A stretch of DNA of 64,000 bases. Source: Lingula anatina. Its lineage: Eukaryota; Animalia; Brachiopoda. The translations under genes were made by a program, and so were the position numbers. The notes under the pieces are model-generated. The model made no database searches. It saw only the letters and a list, made by a program, of their open reading frames with translations, and was not told the DNA's origin. The number at the start of each line of letters is the position of its first letter. The stretch's first letter is position 1. Below are positions 47,269 through 60,901 of the stretch, one piece after another. The DNA is taken from positions 39,968,788-40,032,787 of the forward strand of contig CM120640.1 in assembly GCA_051362555.1 (NCBI GenBank). The letters are read 5' to 3'.

Positions 47269-50200
47269 CTGTATTTTTGTATGCTACATGTATGTCTGGC
47301 ATTGCTTGCTCTATACTCTGTTCATTTTGATTTTTAACGTTTAGGCCCTTGTTATGTTTAATTTAATGTTTTATTTCCTGTTATGATCTTGATGAAAGTC
47401 AAGAGTTCCGCAAAGCTTTTAATATCTTGATATATCCTGTTATGATCTCGAGAACAGATCAAAACAGGACGCTTTCGTGTGACATAATGGAGATGTGGAG
47501 ACATCATTATTTCAGCATTATTGTACGAAAAGGAAATTGTGTTTAATTGGAGGTAAACAAGCTCTTCAAAAAGGATATTCTATGTACGTCATCGGTACCA
47601 ATTTTCCTCTGATTATTTCTCATTGGTATCGCGAATCATGCTTATCGTGCCCACGCACAAACCAACTATTTTTGTATGAGAAATATACAGTAATAAAAGT
47701 GGTAAGAATAAGATTTAACAAGGTCTGCCTTTTTGTCATGATCTCCCATCGTCGAAGTCGTCATCATCGCCATAGTTTCCTTTTCCACGTCTTGATAGAT
47801 AAGACAGCCGCCACGTCTTCTGTCATTGACATATAATGGTATTTTCCGATAAAATTTCCACAGACATTTTTTTTAAGTTCTCATGTTCTGAATTTTACCG
47901 TCAAGATTAAAATTAATCAGTCTTTAATCCTCACTACGAAAGTGGCTCAAAAAACTATAAACCTATAATTAAGGAACCGGTTGTTGATCGCAATTCTGTG
48001 AACTGTTTTGGATAAGATGTGCCATGGTGATTAATGGGAAGAGTTGAAATTTCCAGGAAAAATGGATTTTGCTACTGTTTGTTTACATTATTTGCGCGTC
48101 TTAAAAAACTTGCGAGGTAGGTTGACACGATTGCAGTAGAGGCGATAAACTATTGAGAGCCAACGCAATGGGCCGTTCCGATCAATCTCTGGTAACGATT
48201 TGTTCATGAAACAACATGTTAATGCAATAATGGTGGCTAAAGATATTGTATTACCTCACCAGAATTTGTTTTCATTTTGCGTCAGAAATAATAGATCAAA
48301 TCTCTCATTAGAGCCCTTTAATGAAGTGCTACTTCCAAGAGAATGATATATTGCTAATTGTGATAGTCAAAACAACTTAAACAATGACTAAAACTTGACG
48401 CTTTGTAAATCGAATATCAATTTATTTCTGTACTTAACATACAAAATTCGCCATGTACGATAATTTTTGACAAAAAATACAACATGGATAACGCAAAACA
48501 AAGAAAAAATGCACGGCATTTCAGATTCGTGCTTAAAAACATACTACAATGAAAATAGGAAATGGTTTGGCATTTAAGACATGACAATAATAATATCGTT
48601 CTTTTTTTACTTAATTGATTTCTGGTAGTTTTCAAAACAATCTTTACACGACAATAAGGCTGACAGTAACACTTGAACTAAGGGTTTTCGGGGAAAAAAC
48701 TTTGTTACACGCGATTTCAGTTTCTTTATATAAGACAAGCATATAACTCAATCGCTATTGAATGATACATCAAATATGTTACTATTAGAATATAGTCATA
48801 TGATAATAGTAGAATCGGTGCATAGATAATCTGGCCTAGCTTAAAACGGCTTTAAACCCATCCATCTCTTAGATGGCATTTTCAGTTTTTGTAGCAATTA
48901 TCTCTGCTGTAATACGTTTGGAGTTAAATCATGTGGGACAGATTACAAAGACGACTGTGACTTCCACATACATACATACATACACAGCACATAATATGTA
49001 TTAACATTTACTCCTTACAATAACATTATGCTTATTTGTATTTTAAGGCCCAAGCGACCTGCACTTGGCGACAAATTAAATATCTTGATTAATTGCACTT
49101 TTTGCAATCCAATGTTAATGTTGAAACCATAGCAATAACGTCAAGATATTGTGATTAAATGTCCTACCTCCAACATTTGTAGTGGATTACATGTGAAATT
49201 ATTTAACAAGAACCGCTTTTAATAATCCAGTGTCTACACTGTGAACAACATTTAGTTATAACTGTCTAGATAACAAAACATCGTATTTCAATATTTAAAA
49301 ATAGACCGGATATAGTTATCTATTGGCTTTCTCAAGCAATGTCGACTTGTAAATATACCTCCTTTTCTGCACACACAGACACGCAAATACCTGTTTTATC
49401 ATTAATAACACAAAAATTCCTTTGTTTTATCATAGCCATAAGCAAAAGGAGTATGTTCAAAGCAAATACTACAATCAAGCATATTGCAGCTTGTTCACAT
49501 TGCCCGTGGTAAGACAAGCTGTCGCATTGATTTGAGGTTTTTGCTCGCTCGTTGCTTGCGATACCCTCGTAATCCGAGGCTTTCCCCGAATAAAGAGATT
49601 CACGTAGGAGTTTGATGTATAGACTTCGAGTCACATCAATGTCAATTAAATTCAGAGAGAAATTTGATCTCGTTGATTCGGTATATGACGAGCAACAGTT
49701 TTTTATAAATCATTGATATGTACAAATGATACTAGCCTCTCTTTTATAGGGATTTTCAAGGAGCTTGTTTTACCGCTGTTTTAGACTTCTGCCCTTTGCA
49801 TTTAAAAGATGTGTGTTCGAAATAGACATGTTTTATGTTTTTCTGTAACTGCCTTAGTGATGTTACGTGTATCTACATTATAAGCTACATATTATGTATA
49901 TTCAACTTTGGTAATAGGCACGATGAAGTTGAGTATATGCCTACCATGAAAAACAAATTCGACGTTGGTTTGTGAATAATATGGAAACGGATTTACAAAG
50001 GAAACCTAACTGGAAATAATTTAAAGATCGCTGTATGAAATGTGCACAGTTGTAAAAAAACTACATAAAAACCTGTATTTTATACTTCTAATTGTATAAG
50101 TGTTTCATTCCCTCTAAAATTTTTCCCACGAGCGTTGGATGGTATGCAGCTTAACGCACATGTGCATGCAGCCCACGGTTTTGAAGAGCGACCTTGGGAA

Positions 50201-50629
50201 CGTTAACAAAACCAACCAGCTTTGGGTAACCGGCGATCGATAACTGAATTGGAGTGCTACAAAATAGGACTGAGCCTGACGTACTTATTGCCAAGAGGCC
50301 TTCGGTTATAGGAAAACCCTAAGCCTGGGAATGCTACAAATTATACGGCGATGATCGATGGTTGCTGACCATAATACAAAAAGGAAAAAAGGGTGCTCAG
50401 AGTCTGTGGTGCCTAAAAATGGATGGATTTCTTTGTAAAGACCGATCTGAAAATCATTGATGACAATCGGGACATGTTCCATTTTCTATCAGCACCAAAT
50501 ATTGATGCAAATTCACACCATTTTCGTTTGGTCGTTCGAAACGGCACTCTGTCCGCTTCATGGCTCCACAGCTCACAAAAACAGTTCGAATCTGCATTAT
50601 CTAAGTCACAGCTATCACACAACCGCTTA

Positions 50630-51229
50630 TCACATTATCGTACATTTCCCCTTCAGTTTTTCCTTTCGTTTCTGTGATTTTGTTTTCTTTGTGTCGAGCG
50701 GCGTGAGGCTCATTGCTCGCCTGGTCTCCATTTGAAGCAACTCCTGGAACAGTTCTTTCACGTTGTGGTTCGTTTTGGCAGATGTCTCCATGTAATGGCA
50801 ATTCCAGGCCCTAGCGAGAGTCTGCCCCTCTGCCTGAGGTAGCTCTCTGTAAGACTCATCACATTTGTTGCCAACTAGCATTATTGGGACGTTTTCAAGA
50901 TCTCCTTTAATTTCCCTGATTTCGTTGTAAATCGGTTTAAGTTCTTCCAGGCTTTGCCTACTCGTTATTGAGAAGACCAATATAAAAGCGTGTCCCTTGT
51001 TAATATTAAGTCTCTGCATGGCCGGGAATTGATGGCTGCCCGTTGTATCTGTAATCTGTAATGTACAGACTTGCTTATTGCAACTGATCACTTCGCGGTA
51101 TGTGTCCTCAATAGTTGGAATGTAACTCTCCCGGAATGTACCCCGTACGAATCGTAAGACTAAGGAGCTCTTGCCCACGCCGCCTGCGCCGAAGACGGCC
51201 ACACGGTAGTCATTGCTTTGTTCCGGCAT
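50630..51229 (-). CDS. DIRAS2: GTP-binding protein Di-Ras (DIRAS1/2-like), 199 aa, uninterrupted coding region
   Basis: [14 protein letters not shown] start; G1 GAGGVGKS; G2 PTIED; the Di-Ras-type G3 [14 protein letters not shown]; G4 NKCD; G5 ETSAK; polybasic tail and CaaX CTIM. Splice acceptor at 51262. Confidence 0.96.
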   Translation of the reverse strand: MPEQSNDYRVAVFGAGGVGKSSLVLRFVRGTFRESYIPTIEDTYREVISCNKQVCTLQITDTTGSHQFPAMQRLNINKGHAFILVFSITSRQSLEELKPIYNEIREIKGDLENVPIMLVGNKCDESYRELPQAEGQTLARAWNCHYMETSAKTNHNVKELFQELLQMETRRAMSLTPLDTKKTKSQKRKEKLKGKCTIM

Positions 51230-52302
51230 TACTCGAAGACGGAGGGATGTATCCGGGTCACTCTAAAAAGAGAAAACGAAAAACAATGCAATTGGCGACA
51301 TCGTAAAAAATTAAAAACAAAAAGACATTTTCAACGCACAGGATGACTTTCTGGCTTGGTAGAGTCTTTATTATTTCGAGAGCCAAAACTTCTGTGATGT
51401 GGCATACATCACACCAAAATGCCGTATCAGTATATGTCCCCAAATGGAATACCACTAGTTTATACAATTCATATTTTTTCCTCAAATATTGTATTTCGAC
51501 AAATAAGTGAAATGGTTGTGGCCAATATTGCATACATGTAGTATATATCAATTGTCAATTGTTTTGGGAGAAACGATATTTCACAGGGACTTATACACAA
51601 AAGACATGAGTGGGTTTTTCAAACAGCACAAAACAATGACGGCATTTTTGGTAAAATAATGCAGTTGTGTTTATTGATTTTGGATCCAGTTTTGTATCAT
51701 ATCACGCAGAACGGGCGCTTTATAGACGATAGAAGATTAATGACTTGTAGATAATATGGACTAATACGGATAGTGTCTGAATCAAAAGACCATGACAATT
51801 CGCGCTCAGTTTAATGGAATTTTCAAAGCAATCCCCGTTTTCGGTTTATTCTGCGTTTCTGTGTGAAAGCGCCATTGTCATCATTCTACCTTTTTCACAC
51901 ACGCAAACACATATATACGCAACACATACAGGCTAAAAACCAACGGCAATTTAACAGCTTCGTTATCAGAACATATATTTAAGAAATTTGTACAACACTC
52001 TGAGAAACCGCGGCAATACAATGTATCAGAAGTATCCAAAACCTTTTCTAGCAGGTTCCACCCATTTTTGGATTCGATTTGTGAAACTGTAAGTGTAAAT
52101 CATTTCTCCTATTCGAAATTTACAAAAATGGGTATCTTCATATTACTTGATGCACACGTGATTCTTAGGAAATTTAAGTTAACAGACTAAAATCTTGTTC
52201 CCATTTTTTATGCAGAGCACTGTACATGTGACTCTCCGCCGGTTTAGGAAAAGTAAGATTACGAATAACAAAAATTGCCTATCATTTATTAGACCCCGTT
52301 CT

Positions 52303-52538
52303 CATACCTATATTGATCAAGCAGGGCTGACCCATCTCCGAGGGGTGTCTCGCTAAATTGCATTCAATTTAAGCGGCTCTGATGTCTGGTACGCCCACTG
52401 AAGCTGTTAGGGGGTAATTATCGCAGATATTTAACAGCTTCAGTAGGTGTGCCAGACATCTAAGCCCCTTAAGCTAAATGCAATTTAGCAAGAATCCCCT
52501 TGGAGGTGGGTCGACCCTGCTAGTTCGATTTAGGTATG
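52303..52538. mobile_element. ~235-bp foldback (palindromic) element in the Di-Ras intron
   Basis: Imperfect inverted arms of about 105 bp (GCAGGGCTGACCCATCTCCGAGGGG...CTGAAGCTGTTA / TAACAGCTTCAG...CCCCTTGGAGGTGGGTCGACCCTGC) around a loop of about 22 nt. Homologous to 62957-63196. Confidence 0.8.
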
Positions 52539-54047
52539 GTTATTCAGTAGTTTTTACCACAGTTCACAAAATCTGAGAATACATCGTACATGTACTTTGG
52601 ACAATCAATACCCTCGACGCGTCTAACTAGGTTACTAAGTCGACTCAGCCTACTCCATTTGATTGATTACACACAATGACCAAGAATTGCATGATTCTGT
52701 GTTATATACAGTATAAACCCATATACATGTACCACTATAATTTAAAAACCAATATAAATCATATACCAGCCACAAGATGACCGGTTTTGCCCTTTAACTA
52801 TACTCAGTCAACCGTTAAGCGAGTTTGGGCTTTTCAAATAACCATCATGTTATATTAGAAATTAACCAAAACTCTCCATCAAGCACGTAGGTTTATAATG
52901 ATACATTGTAAGAGATGGGCATGGATGAAGACAAATAACAGGAAAATCCGTTTGGAAAGAGCATCTTATCATGAATAAAATTAAGATTGCATTGGACATT
53001 AATGAAAAGCAAAATACGTTTCGGGGAGTTTCTAATGCCAACGATTCGTGACGTTGTAAGGGAATTACCGACCCACTGAGACGTTTGTGAGCAATGTACA
53101 GTGTGACATTTTCCTCTTCACAGCATATATCCAAACATCGTGACTGTAACCACTGACGTGTTCCTCACACGATTGTTCTACTTCATAGACATTTACCACT
53201 GTGCGTCATAAAGCACGTGTGCGTGCTCCTCTTGGCTGTCTAGTCCGTTCCGCCGACAAAAATTGGTTTAAGTTGTAGTTACAGTTACAGCTATGTTTCA
53301 CTACGAATGTGAAAGACCACTGACTTCATAAACTTAGAATTACCTGTTACATGTAATTGTTTAAACAACAATTTTTACGTGTTAGCCCCTTCCTCTTTTG
53401 TGTATGTGTAAGTGTATATTAGGTTAGCCTAAAGAGAAAGAGACCCCAGATACAAATGCAAATATCAGTATCTCACAAGGAACACCAACAACTTGAAGGG
53501 TCTAGGCTACTTATTTTTTCGTTATCTGTTATCAACTATTCTATGATGGCGTAACTGACAAGTAGAAGGTTATTTGTCAAAGCACAGGAACCAGCAGGCT
53601 CCAAGGAATGGATGGCTCTAAAATACGTCTCTGCAGCCCATAACCAAACTTGGAATATTTTGATCAGGAAAATATAAAAAAACAATTGACGTGAAGTGCA
53701 AAATTACTCTGCCTGAACAATTCCAGTGAGACTCCCATTGATTTTTCATCACTATAGACTACAATGTCTAGACAGGAAAACAAAATTAAAACATTTTAGT
53801 AGTTCTACGCTTACTTGTGCCGTTGTATGCCATAAATAGCTGCGCAATAAATCACCTCGAACATCGTGCAGAATCGAAATGATTGAAGTACGCACGCAGC
53901 GTCTTTATTGCAAAACGTCCGTTGAAAACCGACTAACAGTCAATCTTTGACTCTGGCGTCTTGGCAAACATTAGTAATCACAATATATATATATTTTACA
54001 GACATATTTTGGCAGCATATAGAACAAATACATGAGGAAACGCTCAC

Positions 54048-54233
54048 CTGGTATGAATATATTTTCCAATGCCTGAGCTAGCGGTACTGCACAGCTGATT
54101 TCTTTTTAACTTAATTTAAGTTGATCTTTTTTTCCTATCCTTTTAACCGTTATTTTACAGTCTTAACTGTCTGCAAGTGGAAACTGCGTTGAAATATCTT
54201 TGCCTTAAGCATGCACCAGCGAGCATATTTATA
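54048..54233 (-). promoter_or_regulatory. Putative TATA promoter and non-coding first exon of Di-Ras (proximal)
   Basis: TATAAATA on the minus strand at 54233-54226 and donor CAG|GTGAGC at 54048. There is no in-frame ATG. Confidence 0.45.
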
Positions 54234-54521
54234 GGTAACGGTGAGCAATTGTCAACAGATAAATTAAAATTCCTTCCTCCATTATCGACTTAAATTCGTT
54301 TATTAAGGGTGCAGCATATTGACGAAGTTAGCTGTATTCCTATGGGCTGAAATTAATTTACCAGTAGGAAGGTAATTAGCACCTGGAAGTAACCAGGGTT
54401 AATCATCATACACGGAAGTTTTGTTACTAAGCAGACTTGGTGACATACTGTATATTTGGCAGAATCCAGGGACAATTAAGTTCACTTATTATTCACACAA
54501 GAAAAAAAACAGGCCAAAAAC

Positions 54522-54525
<4 letters not shown>

Positions 54526-54585
<60 letters not shown>
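54526..54585. repeat. Compound (CT)n(GT)n microsatellite
   Basis: Read directly from the sequence. Confidence 0.95.
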
Positions 54586-54587
<2 letters not shown>

Positions 54588-55039
54588 CTGCTCTACGAAA
54601 ACTATACACGGTGCTCTTGCAATTGCCTATTACATGTACTACTACACAGATTCAGAATAGTCGAAACTGGAGTACTCATTACTCTAAGTGTTGGCCCCCC
54701 ATCGAAATATATGTCAAATAATTATCTAATAGATACAGATGCCCTAAACAAATATTTTTTTCATCTAAACAGTCCAAAAAAACCTTTGCGCTTACGTATT
54801 CGGTTGATCAATTTGCTTGCTGGAATGTTCGACTGCATGAATGCACCCACCTGGTCCATCATTCTACTACTTCGTCTAATCTAATAATTTTAGAATTTAT
54901 AAGATTAACTTGCAATAAATTGATTGTAACATTTAGAATATTGCCACTGGGTTAATCAGCACAGCATAGTGAAGATTACTACTGAAAATAGCTTTTTAGA
55001 CTCTAGAACTAGTTTGAGGTTGTGAATTAATCATACGTG

Positions 55040-55245
55040 TACTGGCCTTTAGACCGCAATTCCAAAGGGGGTTCTTTTCCTAAAAAAAGTGGATCCCTTT
55101 ATCCTCATAAATGACTCAATTATCACTGAAAATAGCAGAGATTATGAATCCAATTTTTATTCAGAGTGAACCTTTTTCCGACCAAAAAGGCGTTTCAATC
55201 GAACCCCCCAAATCGAACCCTCAAATTCCGCAGGACTACCGTCTC
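55040..55245 (-). mobile_element. Degenerate inverted copy of the 35390-35558 MITE family
   Basis: AAAGGGGGTTCTTTTCCTAAAAAAAGTGGATCCCTTT is the reverse-complement match of the AAAAGGTCCACTTTTTCAGAAAAATAACCCCCCTTT block. GAACCCCCC tracts lie at the other end. Confidence 0.55.
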
Positions 55246-55449
55246 CGAGTGTTATCAAAATAGTTACATGCAACTCCTTCTGGACGGAGTATGCCTGTCA
55301 AACCCGTGACATTTTAAATGAAATGCTGCAAAAACATAAAAAGGCCAAATGATACCAAGCACTGCCGTATCTTCACACTATTATGATGCAACTCATTATC
55401 CTAAATTTATCTTAAACCAATGCCTCTTCTCAAGCAAGCCATAACTTAC

Positions 55450-55640
55450 CATGTTTGCAAGAATTTTTTCAACGCAGAAATGCAAGCCAACGGACTCCGA
55501 GCATCTATAGCAGAATAATAGAAATCGTCCTCCGCCCTTGTCGAGTTAAGTTGCCCACGCATGAAGCCAATCAAGAGGTTGGAAAATACCCGTATACTGG
55601 TCGCCTTACCGTGCTATAGAACTGTATATGATTTATAAGG
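55450..55640 (-). promoter_or_regulatory. Putative distal Di-Ras promoter and first exon ending in an initiator ATG
   Basis: CCAAT box (~55567-55572), GC box GGGCGG (~55532-55537) and TATAAA (55637-55632). The exon ends AAACATG|GTAAGT at 55450, and this ATG is in frame with the Di-Ras exon. Confidence 0.5.
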
Positions 55641-57584
55641 TGACGATATCATACTGGGCATTCAGTATCAAGGTGTTATTTAATCAATGCCCTGCCCTCC
55701 CAAGGGGAAAGGCAGCTGCCATTCTTCGTGTATTAAAACTGGGGTTTTCATGACATTAACAGTTGTATTTATTAAGCGTTTGTTTTCGTGTACAAAATAA
55801 TGATTCTCTTTACTGGGAAGTTTCTTGGAACATTGCCTTTGAAAAAAAAGCGTGAGTTTTGAATGATAGATTTGACCTAGAAGTGGGAAAGAGAATCAAA
55901 GGCATCCTATGGCGTTTTGCATTATTCTTTATTGTTTCAATCGTTCTCTTAAAAGGAAAGTATGTTCAGCCGCGGGAGTTAAGCGATTGCTTACACTGGT
56001 GCCATTGTTTGTTGGATGTATCACATATTTCTTATCAACAGTACCACGTAGGCACTTTTATGTGCTTGAGAAATTGTCACAATTTAAGTCCTGTCCATCG
56101 ACTTCAGGAAATAACACGTGTGACTAGAATAACAACAGATCCAATGCGCTTAAGGAGCTTGGATTTTTATGAGAACAAAAGGTTTTACATACTTTATGGA
56201 ATACCTATCATTCTCATGTGATGATCAAAGCAATCTGGTTTGTTGCATTGATGCTTTACTCCATGAAATTTATTCGATATTTCAAAATAATTCTACGCTG
56301 CACTAGATCTTGAACAAATCTAACTGATAATGCTTGCTGAATAGGAACTTTCTTCATAAAAAAAAAAAAAACTCGAGGACTGCGCACTAATGCTACGGTG
56401 ATCCAATTGGACAGGTTTGAAGAACAATAATTGTTCAACAGCAAATGAATAATTCACTTTATAGTCCATGAACTAGAGTCCTATTTTCACAGATAAAAGC
56501 AAACTGCATCAATTTCATTCCACATCCGTAACGCTATGGCCAATTAATTTTGTCTTTTTACTAACTATATGCTTCGGCACGCGGCGGGTTCAATAGCATT
56601 AGCATTGTTACCAGTGAAATGATATATTGATAGAACTATATAGTTCAAATTAATGCTTCGTGCTCTTGCACTAACAACCCGGTATCAGTTAAATGAACAC
56701 AAACTGGATGAAGACAAGGAGAAAGAAACACCTTGACGATTTTCACGTCAGAACACGCGTGACCTAAAATGAGCTCTTGTTAGGCTAAGTAAAAAACCAC
56801 AAATTCCAATTAAAAAAAGCGACGAGAATATGCCATTACTAATGTGGTGCCGAGTCGAAGCACATTACCTAAAACGCTGCACGAAATAAAGGATATAAAT
56901 TCTTTCACACGGAAAATATTGCAAAAATGCGAGGGTTTCGATCGATTATTCATATAAAATGGCTACATGCTTACACCCCCTTCTCTTTCTCTGGCAATAC
57001 TTCACAATTACCTGGAAATGTCCTAGGTCTTTGCGGCTTTACACGATGTATGCAGTGCATATTTACACGCAAGGACCTAGCTCCATTAAAATTACACCCA
57101 AATACAAAATATTATTGAATCCACCGACTTTAAAAATCAACTGAAACATTTCACTGTGCCAGACAACATATCATCTACATTTATATGTGTATATGACGAA
57201 ACTTACTGGGGAAGACGACCGTTGTCAAGCGTATGTTCAAAATGGCACGAGGACTTAATCTTCGTTTAAAATCTCCTGCTGAATACAAGGGTGTAATACA
57301 AGTGTGTTGGGCAAACGGAAACACTTCCAGATAAAGTGTTGGCACAAAGTGTGTCTCGGGGAAGTGTTGGCACAAATGAATTCACCAAAACAGTGTCCGT
57401 TGATATTTTCGATACCTTTCGAAACTTTTTTTAAACGAAGATCACTGTCATCTGCGCACTTGGTATGCACACACAGAAACAATGTGTAATAATACATATT
57501 TCCCATCAATCATAAACCTCACTATATTTTCACCCACAAATCAGCCCATTCACGTGATTAGGAGAAGGGCAATGCAGACCCCGT

Positions 57585-57975
57585 AAGCCCACACTTAAGT
57601 TCCACAACAAGTTTACTTGGAATCAGCATTGGCAGATGTAGTGATATCAATAGCCCAGTTACGCACAGCGGTGCCTCAAGATCTTTGTAAAATCCCAATG
57701 TAACATTGCGTAAGAAAGGGCACTTACCTTGCGTACGTGAATTCCTACTGGAGCTTAAGTGCTATGAGTTTGGTCAATTGGCTAGATTTAATGTAAATGT
57801 ACAGGGTAAACTGTTTTACTTACCTTACAAGCACGTGAGCTAAGCCTTTGTTTCTAACTACACAGCTGCCAGTCAGTTTAAGATCTCTTTGCATTTATCA
57901 CAAGACGCATCGGCAAAGCTTAAGTCTCAAAAGAAAAGGGCTGATACCCAGTGCTGCTCTACAAACGTCATTTAT
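57585..57975 (-). pseudogene. Decayed multi-exon gene fragment, paralogous to 61465-61790
   Basis: Diverged direct duplicate with two retained AAG|GTAAGT donors and AG acceptors around a 54-nt exon. In-frame stops are present. Confidence 0.35.
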
Positions 57976-59319
57976 AATAAGTGACGTATTTTTTGTCTCT
58001 TTGTGTATCAAAATTAATATTTTTCGCGGAAGCACGGCACTACGACATTTACATTTTGTGCCAATTAAGAACAGGCATGGATTAAAAGGATAAAAGATAA
58101 TGATCTCAGTTTGTACCATCAACCAAACGAAATTAACATTCATCCCATGGTGTTGTAGGATTGTTTTCTACCTACGAGCTGATAGTCACTAAAACAGTAT
58201 TAATAACCCTACGTCACTAATATCTATAGAAAGAAACAAAAATGCCAAGCTGCATTAATTAATTTGAATAAAGGTTCGCTTTCTAGTAAATACATTCTAA
58301 GTAAATGCAGGGTTTTTCTACACCATCGTGCTCTTAACAAAAGAGACAGTTAAGAGAGGCGAAACAACAACCCTCTGAAAAATGAACAAGCGGAGTAAAT
58401 TAGAAAGAGGCAAATTTTGTTGACAAAGTATGTTGACAATCGCATGCTCTTTAAAGCGCAGCGTGCTAATGGGAGAACACCGTGTGTCGCAGAGCGTGGA
58501 AGGTATGCCATTATCTTTATGTGTTGAATATACTCGTTGACAGTCACCAAACAGTTATGGTTACTTTACAGTGAAGACCATATAAAGTATCACTATTTTA
58601 GGGAAAAATAACGTAAGCGGTGCTATCTACCAACTGGGACAGCTTGACAAGCCTGGGTCTGGTTTCACAAAGACACAAGAGATCAAAAGCCTGTCTTAAT
58701 TCTAAGACCAAAATTTTAGTCTACTTGGGCCTCAGCTGAATAAGTAATGGTACATGTACAGTTCAATAACATAGCGAACCTCTTTATAAACAAAAATAAA
58801 ATGCTATACTGCTTCAGACTTCTGGCGATTCATCTTGATTTGAAATAGACCAAAATCTTGGTCAACGAGGCAATGACCAAGCTTCAAATCAGATATTTGT
58901 GAGTCTTGTCCAACACGACTGCGCATTCTATCAAAAATTCAACTTAAAACTCCGACAAAAAAATGAAAATGAAACATGTAAAGCGTAGGATTAATAAACC
59001 TCCCAGCCTGAGTTTTCAGAGTCCATAAGTAACTCACCTTTATCAACAATGAAACGGGGGCAGATAGCGAATAGCAGATGGGTGAAAGTCCCAAAAAGTG
59101 CTCTGGGAATCAAGGTAGCACTGTCTCGCTTCAAGTCAGGAAAGACTTCACCTTGCAAATGAATATTTCTCTCCAATTCCACCCTGATGTGAAGTTGGGA
59201 TGAGTTAGGCATAACGTAAGCATTTATAGGTTTTTATAAAGTCAGGCCGCATAACATAGCACAATGCCGTTAAAAAGCGCCACGAGTGGTTAGCGAAAGT
59301 GTGAAGATAAATTACTACA

Positions 59320-59720
59320 GCCACTGATTGATTTCCTTAATATAGCTTTTTTCCTAAGAAAGCTTACTTTATTTCAAACAAGTGTAAAAAAATAATTTAC
59401 ACGTCGTTAGAGATTAACGGCTGTTTGAAGGTTAATTGATAGATCCACTGATTGGCATTGATATTGCCTTGATTTGGCTTTTTTCCCTTAGTATAGTTAC
59501 TTTAATTCAAACAAGTGAAAAGAATTAATTTACACCAGATCGAACGAAAACAATGATACTCTATTAAGAGACTGAGGTGCTAAGCACGAAAGACTGGTAT
59601 AATAACGCAATCGGACATCCTCTTCTAAACGATTGAACGTGCAAAGCGGTGCATTCGCTGATTGATTTCCTTGATTTGGTTATTTTCAAGAAAAATTTGC
59701 TTTAATGTAAACATGTGTTG
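59320..59720. repeat. Three diverged copies of an ~80-100-bp unit
   Basis: CTGATTG...CCTT(A/G)AT...TTTT...CTTTA...AAACA(A/T)GTG recurs at ~59324, ~59448 and ~59658. Confidence 0.6.
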
Positions 59721-60155
59721 AGAACTGATTAATAGAAGGTTGCATTGCTAAAAATTATGGGGGAGGGGGGGGGCAAAGAGATATAAGCACAAAATCACCT
59801 GAAAACTTACAACACACCAGGAATACTTTTTGCCGTGTTAGACCGAAGAGTAAACATTTCAAGTTCCCATTGACGTTATTAAACCTTGAACTGGACGAGG
59901 AAATTGGTCGCTCTGACGATTTATTTCCTGCATTTGGTTATTTTTAGTAAGGACAATTAATTCAGTTAGGACCCGTTGTCCGATCTGTATGCACAAAATT
60001 GCAAATAAATGTATCCACACAACATTACATGTTATTCCGTGTTTCAATCAATTCGGGGAACAAAGATGCAAGGGATGTCGATTTTGTTATTGAAATGTGT
60101 GGTTAATAATCATTATTTCCCAACATGACATATTGAGAAGATAAAACATTAATAC

Positions 60156-60217
60156 CAGGGCCGTAGCCTCCGGGGGGCAGCTGCCCCCCCCCCCCCCCCC
60201 CCCTGGGATTTGAGGTC

Positions 60218-60249
<32 letters not shown>

Positions 60250-60901
60250 AATCGCAAAGGTAAAAAAAAAAGTTGGTATCAATTCTGTTAGAAAATGCAC
60301 TCATGGCCACTAGACAATCATTCAACAATCTGTTTACAAAGGTGTACTGTTTTTAGCCAACTCAGTTCATGCCAGAAAGCTCACCCTCCCTTAGGGAGCT
60401 ATCCCCCAAGCTGTTATCAGGTTATTGTTTATTTCCCTGCACTTTGTAGGATCTTTACAATCTTCCTTGCAACACCAGTTGGCAGTGTTGCATGCGAGAG
60501 ATCATTTTCAGCCCTCCGTCGTTTGAAACTGTGGACACGTACTTGTAGCATGGCAGAGGAACGCCTTAGCGGATTGGCTCTCTTGCTTGTCCACAGAGGA
60601 AGAAACGTTATTCCTGATCCTGAGACAATCTACGAAATGAAGTCCAATGGGCGTGTTGTGTTGAAAAAATGACTGTACTTATGGCAAAATGAACCCACAA
60701 TTTTTTACTTCTGATTGAGCAATAAATAACAGTTAAAATGCACCAGAATGCAGTATTATACATACAGTTTTTAAAAATTTTTCCACACCATGGGAGGGGG
60801 AAACCCCCTCCAACACCCTCCCCCCTTGGGGGCTTCGCCCCCTCGTGTCCACTTACTGCCCCCCCCCCCCCCCCTGGGATTTTGCTCAGGCTACGGCCCT
60901 G
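60156..60901 (+). mobile_element. Internally deleted hAT transposon (746 bp) with 14-bp TIRs, a 5-bp TSD and a transposase C-terminal dimerisation-domain remnant
   Basis: TIRs CAGGGCCGTAGCCT ... AGGCTACGGCCCTG. TSD AATAC at 60151-60155 and 60902-60906. ORF 60295-60672 encodes FPAL...LATPVGSVACERSFSALRRLKLWTR..MAEERLSGLALL (hATC, PRKRIR/ZMYM1-like). Subterminal CTGCCCCn-TGGGATTT occurs at both ends. Confidence 0.92.

Noticed and set aside
47370-47700. Repeated CCTGTTATGATCT and a small palindrome
   Set aside because: Probably a fragment of an old DNA element, but I could not define termini or a TSD.
57721-57830. ACTTACCT motifs resembling the U1 snRNA 5' end
   Set aside because: The downstream sequence does not match U1. 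They are better read as minus-strand splice donors.
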